This document shows, piece by piece, positions 14,199-26,348 of a stretch of 64,000 nt of DNA. Positions within the stretch are counted from its first letter, which is position 1; each line of letters begins with the position of its first letter. Source of the DNA: Euprymna scolopes (Eukaryota); NCBI GenBank assembly GCA_053919585.1, contig CM132802.1; one strand, 5' to 3'. The position numbers and the translations under genes were made by a program. The notes below the pieces were generated by a model. The model did not search any database and was not told the DNA's origin. It was given only the letters and a program-made list of their open reading frames with translations.

Positions 14199-14201
<3 letters not shown>

Positions 14202-14369
14202 ACCCAACAGTTTTCGATAGTTTTTAGGGGCTAACTGTATTTGCACCCTTCTTTCTTCATCCATCCCTTTCCTGTTGTCAAATACTCTCTTTTTAAATAA
14301 CATTTAATTCACTTGCTTTATGCCTCTTGCCGTTAAAAGTGGCTTTATTTGTTTACAAGCCTAAGAATG

Positions 14370-15100
14370 CTTAATTCCTCGAAACATGTGAATATACTAA
14401 ATATTTCCTTGGATGGGAGAGCCCGTGCAACAAATATTACGCAAGAATTATTTTTGAGGGTAAATAATAAAAAAAAAAACATTTATTCCCTTAGACACTA
14501 AATTGGAAGGCTTTATTTTCGTTGTAGTCCCCTCTAGTCTGTAATAATGAAATCACTACAGGGGAATTATTATCACAGATTAGGCTTCAGTTATGGCATC
14601 AAATTTCCATGAGTTGTAATGCAAGCAACATGTAGGGCAATGACGGTCGTCCAGTTGCTCAGTTGGAAATTATTAAAGAGATCTGAAAGTGTTCGCACCT
14701 CACTTGTATGTGTATTTGAATTGAAAAGTAGTTGTTGATCACTGGCGCAGTGAAGGAGTAACGACATTAACACTCGGTAGACTCTTGAACCCGAACCTTA
14801 AATATGACATCAGTTTCCACGGAGGGGATGCTATGATCTAAGATGGAAATAAGCCACTCATTATAATCATATTGATTACGGGAATTCGTACTGCGGCAAG
14901 GGGATGTAAATGACCCAGCTAGAGCGCATAGCATTTGTTAATGTACCCATAGAATGGAATCGATTTTTGATCGTCGACCTCGAATTGGTTAAGAAATCAC
15001 TAGGCAAGGCATATGCTTTGAATATTTGCAGGTTGTACCAATTTTGAATGGCAGCATTGAAGAAGGAAATGTTACCAATGTTAATGAGACCGTTGCTTGT
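14370..15100 (-). pseudogene. Decayed ubiquitin-specific protease (peptidase C19) domain inside the Helitron ORF
   Basis: GLINIGNISFFNAAIQ (Cys box, 15044-15091), QYDYNEWLISILD (QQD box, 14836-14874), IFKVRVQESTEC*C, EQLDDRHCPTC, and a weak His-box-like stretch near 14390-14440. Confidence 0.7.
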
Positions 15101-15578
15101 TTGTTGTGCATGAACATGGTCAAAAATCAGTAATAATAATACAGGTCGTTACCACCTGAAGAAACTGGCTCTTGAATGGAGTGTCACATGTGCTTGAGAT
15201 TACTCTGAAAATAATTATTTACAACACCAGATTGAGGATGCATTTTTTCATATGTGGAGTCATCTTTGTTATCAAGAATCAACGCGAAACCCGAATATGT
15301 GAACTAAAATATAAAGTATTCAAAACTGTTTAAAACAACCAAATCATCAGCCAGGTAATTATAACTTATTGGTTACAGTAACTATTATTTAAGGTATGCT
15401 TGAATTTTTTACCGTATTTCCGATTGTTGGCTTCTCTGCTAAATCAATGGTTTAAAGCTCTAAATATTATTATTTTAAGGTACTGTGTTGATGACGCTAG
15501 TGCACGTACGATGCCATGCTATTTGTAATAGTAGTTAAATTCAGGTTTTACCGTATTTTTTATTATGAGTAGGAAATA

Positions 15579-15835
15579 GTTTTTTTTTTTTTTTTTTTTT
15601 TACAAAGGAGTCACCACTTATCAAGCCCCGGAGGTCACTCAAAGATAAGTGTAAATGAGTGTAAAGTGGTCAAGGGGAGCATGTCAGTCCTCGATAGTAG
15701 TGGAAACTTGGTAAATTGGATTACTTAAGGGGATGGCTCATCAAGAATTTGTTCACATTGGATTTGAAGACCACCATATTGTAGTCAGTTGGAAAGCAAG
15801 AAAATAAAACAGAGCTCCACAGACGTGCAGTTCTA
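15579..15835 (-). mobile_element. CR1/Zenon-like LINE 3' end with poly(A)
   Basis: Long poly(T) tract on + strand, gagtcaccacttatcaag terminus and C-terminal coding remnant. Confidence 0.85.
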
Positions 15836-18800
15836 TTTTCTTTAGATTTACATATTATTAGACTGGGAGAGTACTCCGAAGAGGTTTAGAAATGTACATG
15901 ATTGTGGGCCGTACGTAGTTGTATAAAAATATTACTGCCATCTCCAGCTAGAGATTCAATGTCTCTATCCACTGTGCCACGGGAAATAGTTACGAAACAC
16001 CTTACTCTCTCCTTCTTTAACATGGGTTTATAAATACTAATGTTGTTTGTTCAGTACGGTAACATAAGCGCAAAAGTACCGGGGTGAATTCCGCAATCGG
16101 TTAATAGTAACTTAAATAACACTCTGCGTTTGAAACAAATTTGTTTTCTTGTACATAGCGAAAAAATTCAATTATATCTTGCGTTTTACTCTTATTTGAA
16201 ATAAAAAGCGAGCAAATCATTGGTTTTTGAAAGTCATACAGAAATTAACAGGGATAAAACGGGAATATAAAAAAAACACTGTTATTGTATTTTTTTTTAA
16301 AAATTAAAATCATTACCTGCGTTGTTTCGTTGATAAATAAAGTCCTTTCGAAACGGAATGGCAGATGGAGTTGGAGAGAGGGGAAGTAGGGAGAGAGAAG
16401 GGTAGTTAGGTAACGTGAGGGATGGAAGAGAAAGGTTGGTTGACATGAAAGCAAGAAAAGTGTTTGAGTGAAAATAAAGATAGAAAAACATAGTAGTAGG
16501 AAGTGAGAATCAAATTGGCGGAATGAAACTGTAAGAAAAAACTTTTAAAAATATTCACTGAAAGAAAATATGAGGATTCTTATTTAGAAGGCAACATAAT
16601 TGTTTCAGAAACGGAAATGTCATATTCCAAAAATTACGTAAATCGATCGAGTAGTTTATTTTTAAAAAGAAAAGTATTTTTAGCGATGTATGTGAAATGG
16701 TTAGTATTACAAAGCTGAGTTTAAAAGTCAAATATTTATTGCGTTTTAAAATTATTAATACAAAAATTGATAAAACTGTGTTTGAAACAATGTTGTCTTG
16801 TCAGTAGTGGAAATTCAACTGTGTCTTATTTTGAAACTTATTTTGAATAAAATAGAAAAATAATTGTATCTTTAAAATTCATGTATGGATTAACATGGAT
16901 GAAATGTGGAATAAAATAAACAGTGTCAATGAAGATTTTTTTATTTGAATGAAAGCATTAATCACAAATTATTTTATTTGAAAGTAGCAAAATAAAATCT
17001 CCAGAGAATCGCTTGATTTTTAACTTTGCTATATGAGGTGTTCAAAAACCACTGAATCGAAAAAAAATCTCCAGAAAAAAAACACAGGATTTTAATTTTC
17101 ACCCTACAAAAAATGTCATGATGATAATAAAATTTCCCTGTTTACTCTCTATAGTTTTGGAACTATATTGAAACGGTTTGCTCTCAAAATTCCTGCCAAG
17201 TTTCATCAGCTAGTTTTCTGTTTTTCCTTAGAATTGTATTTTTGGTTTTGCCAGAAAAATAATAAAGTAAAAAGTTTGTTTATGGAAAATTTATAAAAGA
17301 ATTTTATAAATTAAACATCACAACAATGACAAACTTAAATATAGAATATTGCATAAGAAATTCTCCACAAATATCAGAAAAATCATTAATTGAAAAGGTT
17401 TCATTATACAATTATTTTTTCTTATTTTTGTGGAGTTCCTTAAAAAGACATCCATAAGCAGCAAGAATCAAATGTATACGTTATTAATTGATATATTTCA
17501 GAACCGATCTGGGAGGTTAAGTAAAAGTGGCACCCATAAAAATGGCCAAAATTTATGAATGGGGAAAATAACACAAGATAAACATCTCGAAAGTTTGGAG
17601 AAATATATAAAAGAGAAAACATTTAAGGAGTTTTGCAAATTAAAACAGAAATATAAAGTATATGTATATTTCCAAGTCGATGAGGACCCTGGGCTATCAT
17701 CTCCTAAAATGATATTCTGCTTTTTTAGACGATAACGTGTGATCACACCGAAGATATAGTTTAGATTAAAAGTAAATATCAGTATTCCTATCAATTTATA
17801 ACATTTTTGAACAAGTAATTAATCTTTTATATCCGTCATAGCTTAAGTCTAACAGGCAAAGTTGTAAAACCACACGTTACTACCTTTAAAGTAAAGCACA
17901 CGAAATTTATCTCTTATAGAAAACATGGTTATTAGTCTAAACTGTTACAAAGGTCTGGAAATGGGGGTGCTAATTTACACTAAACTGGGCAGGGCTTTTC
18001 ATGCCGCCCAGCATTAACAATCGAATCTATTTTGTTTGCTCTGCTCTGAATATTTAAAAATACCTAATCCAGGGTATAAGCTCACATTTTCGAATCTCTC
18101 TGGATTGAAAAACAAGCCTGAATTGATATGTTCTGGTTCACTTGCCTCTTCACGAGGGTATAGTTAAATAAACGTCGGATCTTAATGTGTAGAAGGCACT
18201 TTTAAAAAAAAGAGTTGCTAGCTAGAGTTGCTAGCTTCTAGTTTGTAACCTTATATTGTAAACCAATCGCTTCTATTAAAGATCACTCTCCGAATATATA
18301 ATCAATATTTGTAAAATCGAGTCTACAAGGGTTACTTCCCTTAAACTGTTAGCAAAAAAACTGTCGTAGAACTGTTATTTATTTTGCCTATTTAAACCCT
18401 CGATTGATGTAAACTATTAGGCTAAAACTGCCAAATGACACCGTTTCATGATAAACGTCTGATGTTTTTAATTCCGTATCATTACTAACCCCCATGAACT
18501 TTGTGAGAAAAATAAAAATTAGCACCAAAAGGTTTGTGTTCACCCCTAAATCACCCTGTGGCTCGAGTCCCAGAAGTTTTCCAGGGTCAAATATTACGTT
18601 TCCGGATATATATCAACCTGGTCATGCTTTTGGAAAATGTTCAGTAAAATCTAATTGTCGGAAAAGTTTATGTGTAGAAAATTGCTATTTTTATACATTT
18701 TGTACCACTTTTTGACCCCTTACGGACGGGAGCAGAATTTTATGAATAATCCGAGAATGTTACATTTCCTACCTTCGGTAATTTAAACTTCATACAAAAT

Positions 18801-18939
18801 TACTGCGACCAAGTACATTAATATGTTGACTGATCATTTACTACCCTACTTTGGTCTGAATTTGGATGATAATCCCAACTTCATGCAGGATAATTCTCCC
18901 ATTCACACAATTGGCAATATCAAGAGGTTCCTAGAAGTG

Positions 18940-19792
18940 CATGGTGTTCTCTGTTGAGATTAGCCTGCAAGATATCCAGCCCCAAATCCTTTCGAAAGCG
19001 TATGCCATTACATCAATCTGTTTTAAATCTAGGTTAGANNNNNNNNNNNNNNNNNNNNNNNNNNNNNNNNNNNNNNNNNNNNNNNNNNNNNNNNNNNNNN
19101 NNNNNNNNNNNNNNNNNNNNNNNNNNNNNNNNNNNNNNNNNNNNNNNNNNNNNNNNNNNNNNNNNNNNNNCGTTTATGTATATTCATGTTTATTTATTTA
19201 TTTTCTATTGTTTTGTTAGTTTTAAAACTATTTGTATCTCTATCCTAGAGTAAATTTTATCTTGTGAACACAGATGTTTGCTATTTCTCTTCTACGGTTT
19301 TATAGATGTTGGGGTTCTTTAAAGTACAGGTTAGCAAATTTTTCATGAAGCCATAATCTACATAGGTGGTCTAGGTCCGTTTACGTGGTAGCTTGTCTTA
19401 TTATTTTCCGTTCGACTTCCGACGAATGTCCGCTTTCCTTGAGTTCCCAGTATTTATTTGCTAGCGTTATTTTCATACGGTGTTTTTTTTTAATTTAAAC
19501 CGAACCTAGATTTAAAACAGATCCAGAAAACTAGATATCCAGGCTAAATAGAGCACACACAAAGGAACAGGTCAACCAAATAGACCTTTGTCCGATAAGT
19601 GCATGCTCATTGGCTGGAAGGGCGCGGTGGATACTAGAAAGCTGATTGGCTAACTAAAATCTCAATAGAAGATGCGTATATAAAAACGAAAAACAACCAC
19701 AAGATTCGCGCATAAGCCCGAAGTGTCCTAGAGTGGATGAAACGCGGAACATTCAGTGTAGCTTTATCGCCATATATACTTTATAACTTACT

Positions 19793-19795
<3 letters not shown>
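18940..19795. mobile_element. Penelope-like element remnant with inverted halves
   Basis: Minus strand 19240-19480 reads TLANKYWELKE...LCRLWLHEK...*NRRREIANICVHKIKF (GIY-YIG C-terminus); 19016-19035 is the reverse complement of 19503-19522; plus-strand tail ends in a hammerhead motif. Confidence 0.7.
19708..19770 (+). ncRNA. Type I hammerhead ribozyme motif, family 2, core mutated
   Basis: ATAAGC-CCGAAGT-GTCC/GGAT-GAAA-stem III-GTA-GCTT; core differs from CUGANGA at two positions. Confidence 0.6.
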
Positions 19796-19836
<41 letters not shown>

Positions 19837-19838
<2 letters not shown>

Positions 19839-20705
19839 GTGAACGTATTTGTGTGTGTCGCTCTGTGTGTACATGTGTACATTTCCCTACGCAATAAATC
19901 TGTCAATTTTACGTCTACAGACTTGAAATTTGATATACAAGGTTACTGATATTTGGGAAAATCATTGTAATCCGTTTTCGGACAGAAATTTCGCTGTTAA
20001 CCGGTGAAAGTTTTCCGATTTTACCTTAGAGAACTCTACCCAATTATCCGCCCATTTTAGGTCTAAACACTTCAAATTTTAGATATAGGTTCCTTGGACA
20101 TAAATCAAACTTAATAATTTGATTTGAGGCAAGAACAATAAATGTAAAGGTGTCATAATAGGTGGCAAAGTTTAAAAAAAATTGACCCCTGCGGTCTCTA
20201 CTAAATTACTTAGACACTTTCTGGTCTAAACATTTGAACTTTTACATAAAGGGTATTTAGAGATAGGGCCAGCTTTTTAATCTGTCTTGGTCTAACATTT
20301 TTAGTTACCACTATATAAATGTATGTATGTTTGCATGTCTGCCTTAAAATTTCGACAGAGGCGACGAATCTTTACAAGATCAGTATCATTTTGAAGTTCG
20401 ACCTTTCAGACGACAAATATGAAAAAATTGGTAAAGTCATTAATATCTTCACCTTCAACTGGCCACTTTTCTACAGAGGAGGTCGCTCTTTTCGCCGATA
20501 TTTTCGACAGTCATCTTCTCCTTTCGATTGTAAAACCGTGATTATAACTTACGTAACTTCTGGTTTTGCGGTGGTCCTAACAGCAAAGCCGGCACGTTTT
20601 TATCCCGGTATATCACTCCTTCGCAATACAGATTCGAGCCTGCCTTCCTGCTAACAGTTTTTTTTTGTTTTTTGCTCAACACACACCGCCAAACACCCGG
20701 GCAAC
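19837..20705 (+). mobile_element. Non-autonomous Helitron, family B (3' end runs into gap)
   Basis: Colinear with the reverse complement of 48836-49722; ends CACCCGGGCAAC at the gap edge. Confidence 0.75.
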
Positions 20706-21807
20706 NNNNNNNNNNNNNNNNNNNNNNNNNNNNNNNNNNNNNNNNNNNNNNNNNNNNNNNNNNNNNNNNNNNNNNNNNNNNNNNNNNNNNNNNNNNNNNN
20801 NNNNNNNNNNNNNNNNNNNNNNNNNNNNNNNNNTAAATAAAAAATGTTAGCGTGGTCGAACGTTTCCATATTACAGTGTTCGTAATTATGAAAGATTAGG
20901 AAGTTATGCGTCAAAAGAATCTAAATAATAATTTATTTGTCTGTACGTCCAGTGTCACACACAATTTTCATTATCGAACACGTTAATTAATGAAAATAAA
21001 TCACCTGTCTCTATGGTCGCTCATTATCAGTTAAAAATCATTAAAACTGTTTCCTCTACAAAATTTAAAATAAAACTCATGGTTGTCATTTATTGTTTCG
21101 AATTGGCTATTTTCAGTTTATAATTTAAAAAAAAAGTAATGTAGTAGGAGGGATGTAATTTTCTTTTATAGATTCTTTTTGTAAATTTAAGATTTGTGCA
21201 AGAAAGTGACATATGTTTGTTTCTAATTATATAAAATTATTAAGGATAAAAACAATGTATATTGTCTGTGAATATTCATTGCAAAAAAATCAAAACATTC
21301 TTCATAGATTCCAAAAACTAAAGAATAAATTTGCTGAATTTGTTTTTAGCTCAAGGTTATACGCCTTTTTTATTTATACATAAGTAGTGTGAACTATCCA
21401 CGGGTTATGCGAGTTAAATGTAATTGTTAAATGAAAGCACCCATCAAATTAAAAGCCATAAATACGGACGAGACGTTTTATATTAATATGATTATTAGTT
21501 AAATTCCATTAAGTCTCACGCATATCCATGACTAAATACATTAAGACATTAGTTTAGTATACTTTTAAATAGAAAAAAAAATGATTGAAATAGATGTGTA
21601 GAGAAAATATGATTAATCAATTATATCCCATAATTTCTTTATACAAATACTATTTATGGACCTCGACGTATGTTGAATAAAACTACATATGATATAAAAA
21701 TAGATGACAAAGTGTGTTTATTCTTAATTCCGAGACGTTGTTTTATTACCGTTTATTTTTCTCAGCATGTAAAAATTCTTGCTTCTTATAACCATATGTA
21801 CATATAT

Positions 21808-21880
<73 letters not shown>

Positions 21881-21881
21881 C

Positions 21882-22013
21882 GTAATTTATAAAATATATA
21901 TCGTGATTAAGCTACACTATATAGTCCGCGCATAAGCCTGAAGAGTCATAGAGTGGATGAAACGCGGAATATTCAGTGTAGATTAATCGCCATATATATT
22001 TTATAAATTACTA
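21882..22013 (+). mobile_element. Minimal PLE-type unit: hammerhead plus 37-bp inverted tail copy
   Basis: 21882-21918 is an imperfect reverse complement of 21975-22011; body homologous to 19707-19793. Confidence 0.65.
21928..21990 (+). ncRNA. Type I hammerhead ribozyme motif, family 2, canonical core
   Basis: ATAAGC-CTGAAGA-GTC/GAT-GAAA-CGCG GAATATTC AGTG-TA; GUA cleavage triplet at 21978-21980; one stem I mismatch. Confidence 0.7.
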
Positions 22014-22115
22014 ACTAGCTCTACCTATGTATTGAGCACTTTTGAAGTAAATACTTAAAGTTTACGCATAAATATATACTTTTCTATATTAATTTTATGT
22101 GAATAAATTAAGTAG

Positions 22116-22152
<37 letters not shown>

Positions 22153-22860
22153 TATAAATTGTTTCCCTTATGCATATGGAATTAAGTACATAACACTCTG
22201 CATTATATTTTTGAGTAAATCCAAATGAATTAAATTCATTATTAATAATATGCCCAGCCTATAGTTATTTACAATACATAAAATGTATTATTTACTACAA
22301 TACATAAAAAAAAACATTTATATGGTTTGCTGTTATCCCCCCCCCCCCAACTGAGTTGATCTATAGGACTTACTGTATTTATAAATCCAAATGCCCTTCG
22401 GGAGATTGTGGCTCTGATAGTGAAGATGACACAAATATAATTTGATTACAACAACGTTGTCTAGTAGATTAAAGATACATCACTCTTAAAATGTTGTTAT
22501 ATTAAACAACATGACCGACCAACATTCCATGTTTATTCCCCCTTTGAGAATACTTCAGTTATCAACATATCACCATTTTAAGCGCGTAAAATGATAAAAG
22601 AAATCATGAAATAATAAAACATTACTAATAACAAAAAAAAAACTGCTTTCATAGAATAAAAAATACAAGTGTTAATAACGCCTTGAAATGGTTCTACATT
22701 TATTAAAATAATTAACTACTAAATGAATCTACGCATGATCGAAGTGATTTTTTAAATTAATGAAAACCAGTTTGATTAATATATTAATGATGAGAAATCA
22801 AAAAAGATTAAAAAGAACCCGGACCCACAAAAATATGGTGATTGCATTGGCTAGTTCTTG

Positions 22861-22886
22861 CTAAAAATTAAGACGTTTACTCGGAA

Positions 22887-22950
<64 letters not shown>

Positions 22951-23016
22951 AATGTTTCTTCTACATTATTACTGATTAATTCCGTCCAACTTCCGAGTAA
23001 ACGTCTTAATTTGTAG
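22861..23016. repeat. 28-bp inverted repeat flanking a (TA)n tract
   Basis: aaattaagacgtttactcggaagt (22865-22888) vs acttccgagtaaacgtcttaattt (22989-23012), perfect over 24 bp. Confidence 0.9.
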
Positions 23017-23019
23017 TTG

Positions 23020-23160
23020 CTGGTGAAGGAATTAATGTTTTTTGGAGAATTTTTCGATATTTGTCGTCCGAAGGGTCAAACTTAAAAAAAATACCAACTT
23101 AGTGAAATACCTTCGCCTCTATCGAATGTTCTTGCCAGAAATACATGCACAAATGCATAG

Positions 23161-23170
<10 letters not shown>
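23020..23170 (-). mobile_element. Internal fragment of Helitron family B
   Basis: Matches 49090-49235 (gatatttgtcgtc.gaa.ggtc...cgcctct.tcgaa). Confidence 0.6.
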
Positions 23171-23201
<31 letters not shown>

Positions 23202-25152
23202 TGCTAACGTCTTGTCAGACGAGTGTCACTCCCTCAGACACTTAATGTCCATGAGCCCAGAAATGACTTTTTTTCTTAGTCCTTGTGTTTTCAGCATTTC
23301 AAGCCTACATGAGTCATAACTTTTCCATCGCCACAGGACCATTTTTATAGACAAATGCCTGAGGGAGTATCTACACACAGGTGATGTTACCTCTCTCTCG
23401 GTTCAAAATGTCGAGATCCAGCAACAAGCAAGAGCAAGATAGCTAGCAAAATTTAAACTGCAGACCAGCTTAATGCGGGTACTGGTCTCCCGCTTTATGG
23501 TTTTTTAAGTCAGAGATGTGCTTCTCCTAGAAAGGTTGCCTTCACCACGGCTTATGGGAGCNNNNNNNNNNNNNNNNNNNNNNNNNNNNNNNNNNNNNNN
23601 NNNNNNNNNNNNNNNNNNNNNNNNNNNNNNNNNNNNNNNNNNNNNNNNNNNNNNNNNNNNNNNNNNNNNNNNNNNNNNNNNNNNNNNNNNNNNNNNNNNN
23701 NNNNNNNNNNNNNNNNNNNNNNNNNNNNNNNNNNNNNNNNNNNNNNNNNNNNNNNNNNNNNNNNNNNNNNNNNNNNNNNNNNNNNNNNNNNNNNNAAATT
23801 TAACAAAATTCCCACTACGTATATTTACTACGCTATAATCACATAATGTATAACCATTAACCCCTATCCTCAAGTCGCCTTAAGACCTTGATAAGTGGTG
23901 ATTCTTGTGTTGATAATACGTATATTATAGATTAATTGACATAGCCACCACCATTCTGAATGCATACCAGTCATTAGTTCTGAAGGGGCGTACGGAGCGC
24001 GCTTTCTTAGGTAAATCCGTGTCACTGCTGTTAAATAGACAAACCTGTCGCAGGACTTCGCTGACATCAACTGAATAGGCTATGTAAACGTTCAGCAGGT
24101 GACGATGACAGTTAATCGCTTACATTTGTTTTCATTGCAGAATTAAATGAAGCATCATTATAAATGACTAGCAGAGTCTCACACAGTCAATATATCAACG
24201 GCAAGATAAAATTTTCAGATCACGAATGCAATCAACATAATAAAATCAACTTTTATTGTCTTCTAAGGAGAACTTTACTCTTTCGCTTAAAATGTTATCA
24301 ATATTTAATATATGTAATTACTTAAGAATAATATCGTTTAGGATTTCATGCAAAAATTGTCGGAAATTTCCAGAAGCCAACTGCATAAATATTAATTAAT
24401 TTTTTATCGACATTGGATGATGAACACTCCCGTTATATTGTCTCAGCATTGCCTCTCAGTGTTGATTTACAAGTACTTGGAAGTAACCTACTCCGATGAA
24501 ATTCCTGGGTTTAGATATGTGCTACTGATAAGCAAAACTCAGAATGAGAACCTTGTCTAATTCCTCTAGGTGTGAGACTCTCATAGTTTGTTTAAACTGC
24601 GGCGTTGTTTGATCGTAGAAATAATAATATATACACATATAAAAATGCAATATACTTTTGAATCAAGGCATATATTTAAATTGCTTAAAAGCAGTATCGA
24701 ATAACACAAGTTTTTAATAACATACAGATTTATGAAAAACATGACACATGTTAATGTAAGAAAATCAATAGTACAAGGATCTGTATTGGATTTCTTTGCC
24801 TTTTTTAAAATTCGAGCTTATCACGTTTTTCAGCTAGCAAAATGGGGTCCATTCTTCTGTAAATATTGAAAAAAAATCGTAAACAATCATCGTAAAATAT
24901 TTTAAAATATAAGCTCCTACAAGGGGCATATGATTTTTTCTCGCTAAATGACAAACAAATCGGATACATGCTGAAATGCAAATATTCATGTTTAACAGGT
25001 AATTTTTCTCGCCGTCTTATTAAATCAATCATATTCTCTTAGCTTGTCCCTGTCTTTATCATTTTCTCTCTCTATCTCTATATCATGCATATATCATATG
25101 CATATATATATATATATATATATATGCATATATATGGAGATATATAGATATA

Positions 25153-25359
25153 CAGTATGACTCCCCCCCAAAAAAAACAAACAAAAGCTAAATGGAGGCC
25201 ATCTAGAACATATGCTGTAGAAGAAAAGGCATAAAGTGTTTAGATGTGATGTTTTGAGATAATAAACTAGTTATGACCAAAGTTTCATTTCAATCGGAGA
25301 AAACACTAAGAGACAGAGCCTAATTAGAGTTGGGACCCGTATTTTGGGGGATCAACCTG
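25153..25359. mobile_element. Tc1/mariner-type MITE
   Basis: TA-flanked, degenerate TIRs, internal sequence shared with 36135-36338. Confidence 0.7.
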
Positions 25360-25369
25360 TATATATGTA

Positions 25370-26175
25370 CAGGGTAGGCCAAATGTAGGTTTACAGTTAT
25401 TCAATATTTGAAATTCTTTAACTAGGTTATTTGAAAAAACTTCAAATAGTTTAAATATGTATTTGAAATTCAATTCCAGAACAGGGGGAAATTCATTATA
25501 CATGTTTACATAGAAACAAATAATTTAATCTCTCAGATGCTCAAAATGTCCTCCTTAAAAATTGCAACATTCATCAACTCTCTCCAGGACATTCTGACAC
25601 ACAGTGCGACACAAATTCCGATCTTCATCAATTTCTGTGAATGCGACATGAATGTAATCTTTTAAATCATTTACTGTTTTGGGTTTCTTCTCATAAACCT
25701 TGTTCTTAATAACACCCACAAAAAAGAAATCCGTTGGGGTTAGGTAAGGTGAACGTGGTGGCCATTCGATGCTGCCCCTTCTTCCGAACAAAACTTGGTT
25801 AAAGTAGTCTCTTACTCCAGATACATAATGTTGTGGTGCTCCATCCTGCTGAAGGAAATTTCAATCAAAGTCAGGTTTAGTTCTGACTTGTTGTACTACT
25901 ACTTCACGAAGCATGTTTAGGTTGTTCTCCCGATTTACCCGTTCATTAAAACTAAGAAAACGGTCCCAACAACACCTTCGCTCGATAATGCACCCCAAAC
26001 TGTAATACCAGGCTGGTTCAGTTCAATCTCTATGGTTAAATGGGGATTTTCATCGGCCCAGTACACACAGTTATGCCTGTTTACATGACCAGATAATTTA
26101 AAACAAGCCTCATCTGACGAAATAATCTTATCCAAAAAGTCAAGTTTAACTCCAATAAATCGATTACGCATCATT
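25370..26175 (-). mobile_element. IS630-Tc1-mariner transposon remnant (DD41D/DD37D-like catalytic domain)
   Basis: IISSDEACFKLSGHVNRHNCVYWADENPH...VWGALS...QQDGAPQHY...EWPPRSPYLTPTDFF; TA|CAGGGTAGGCC terminus; N-terminus missing. Confidence 0.85.
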
Positions 26176-26348
26176 ACTCAATGTGGCAGTCGCCGAGGGA
26201 TTTCTTCAGAGAGTCTTCATAACTTTTCTTCGGTGCCCTTCTGTCACGACAGCCATTAAACAGTTCGCCGTATAGGACTATTTTTGGCAGGCGATGATCC
26301 TCCATTCTGGAGATGTGCCTGATCCATATGTGACTTCAGCAGCATGAA

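Larger units (their letters stand above)
12025..15350 (-). mobile_element. Decayed autonomous Helitron/Helentron-type element (USP - charged linker - DUF6570-like - Rep), interrupted by a LINE
   Basis: Minus-strand translation gives IAPGEGQ...LAFP...RDSRF (13070-13200), Rep motif I PTFFMTWVANKFHWNSII (12829 downward) and, beyond the LINE, YPVTVVHQ...EFQRCPGVTHVY (motif II-like, 12037-12189); many stops and frameshifts. Confidence 0.75.
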
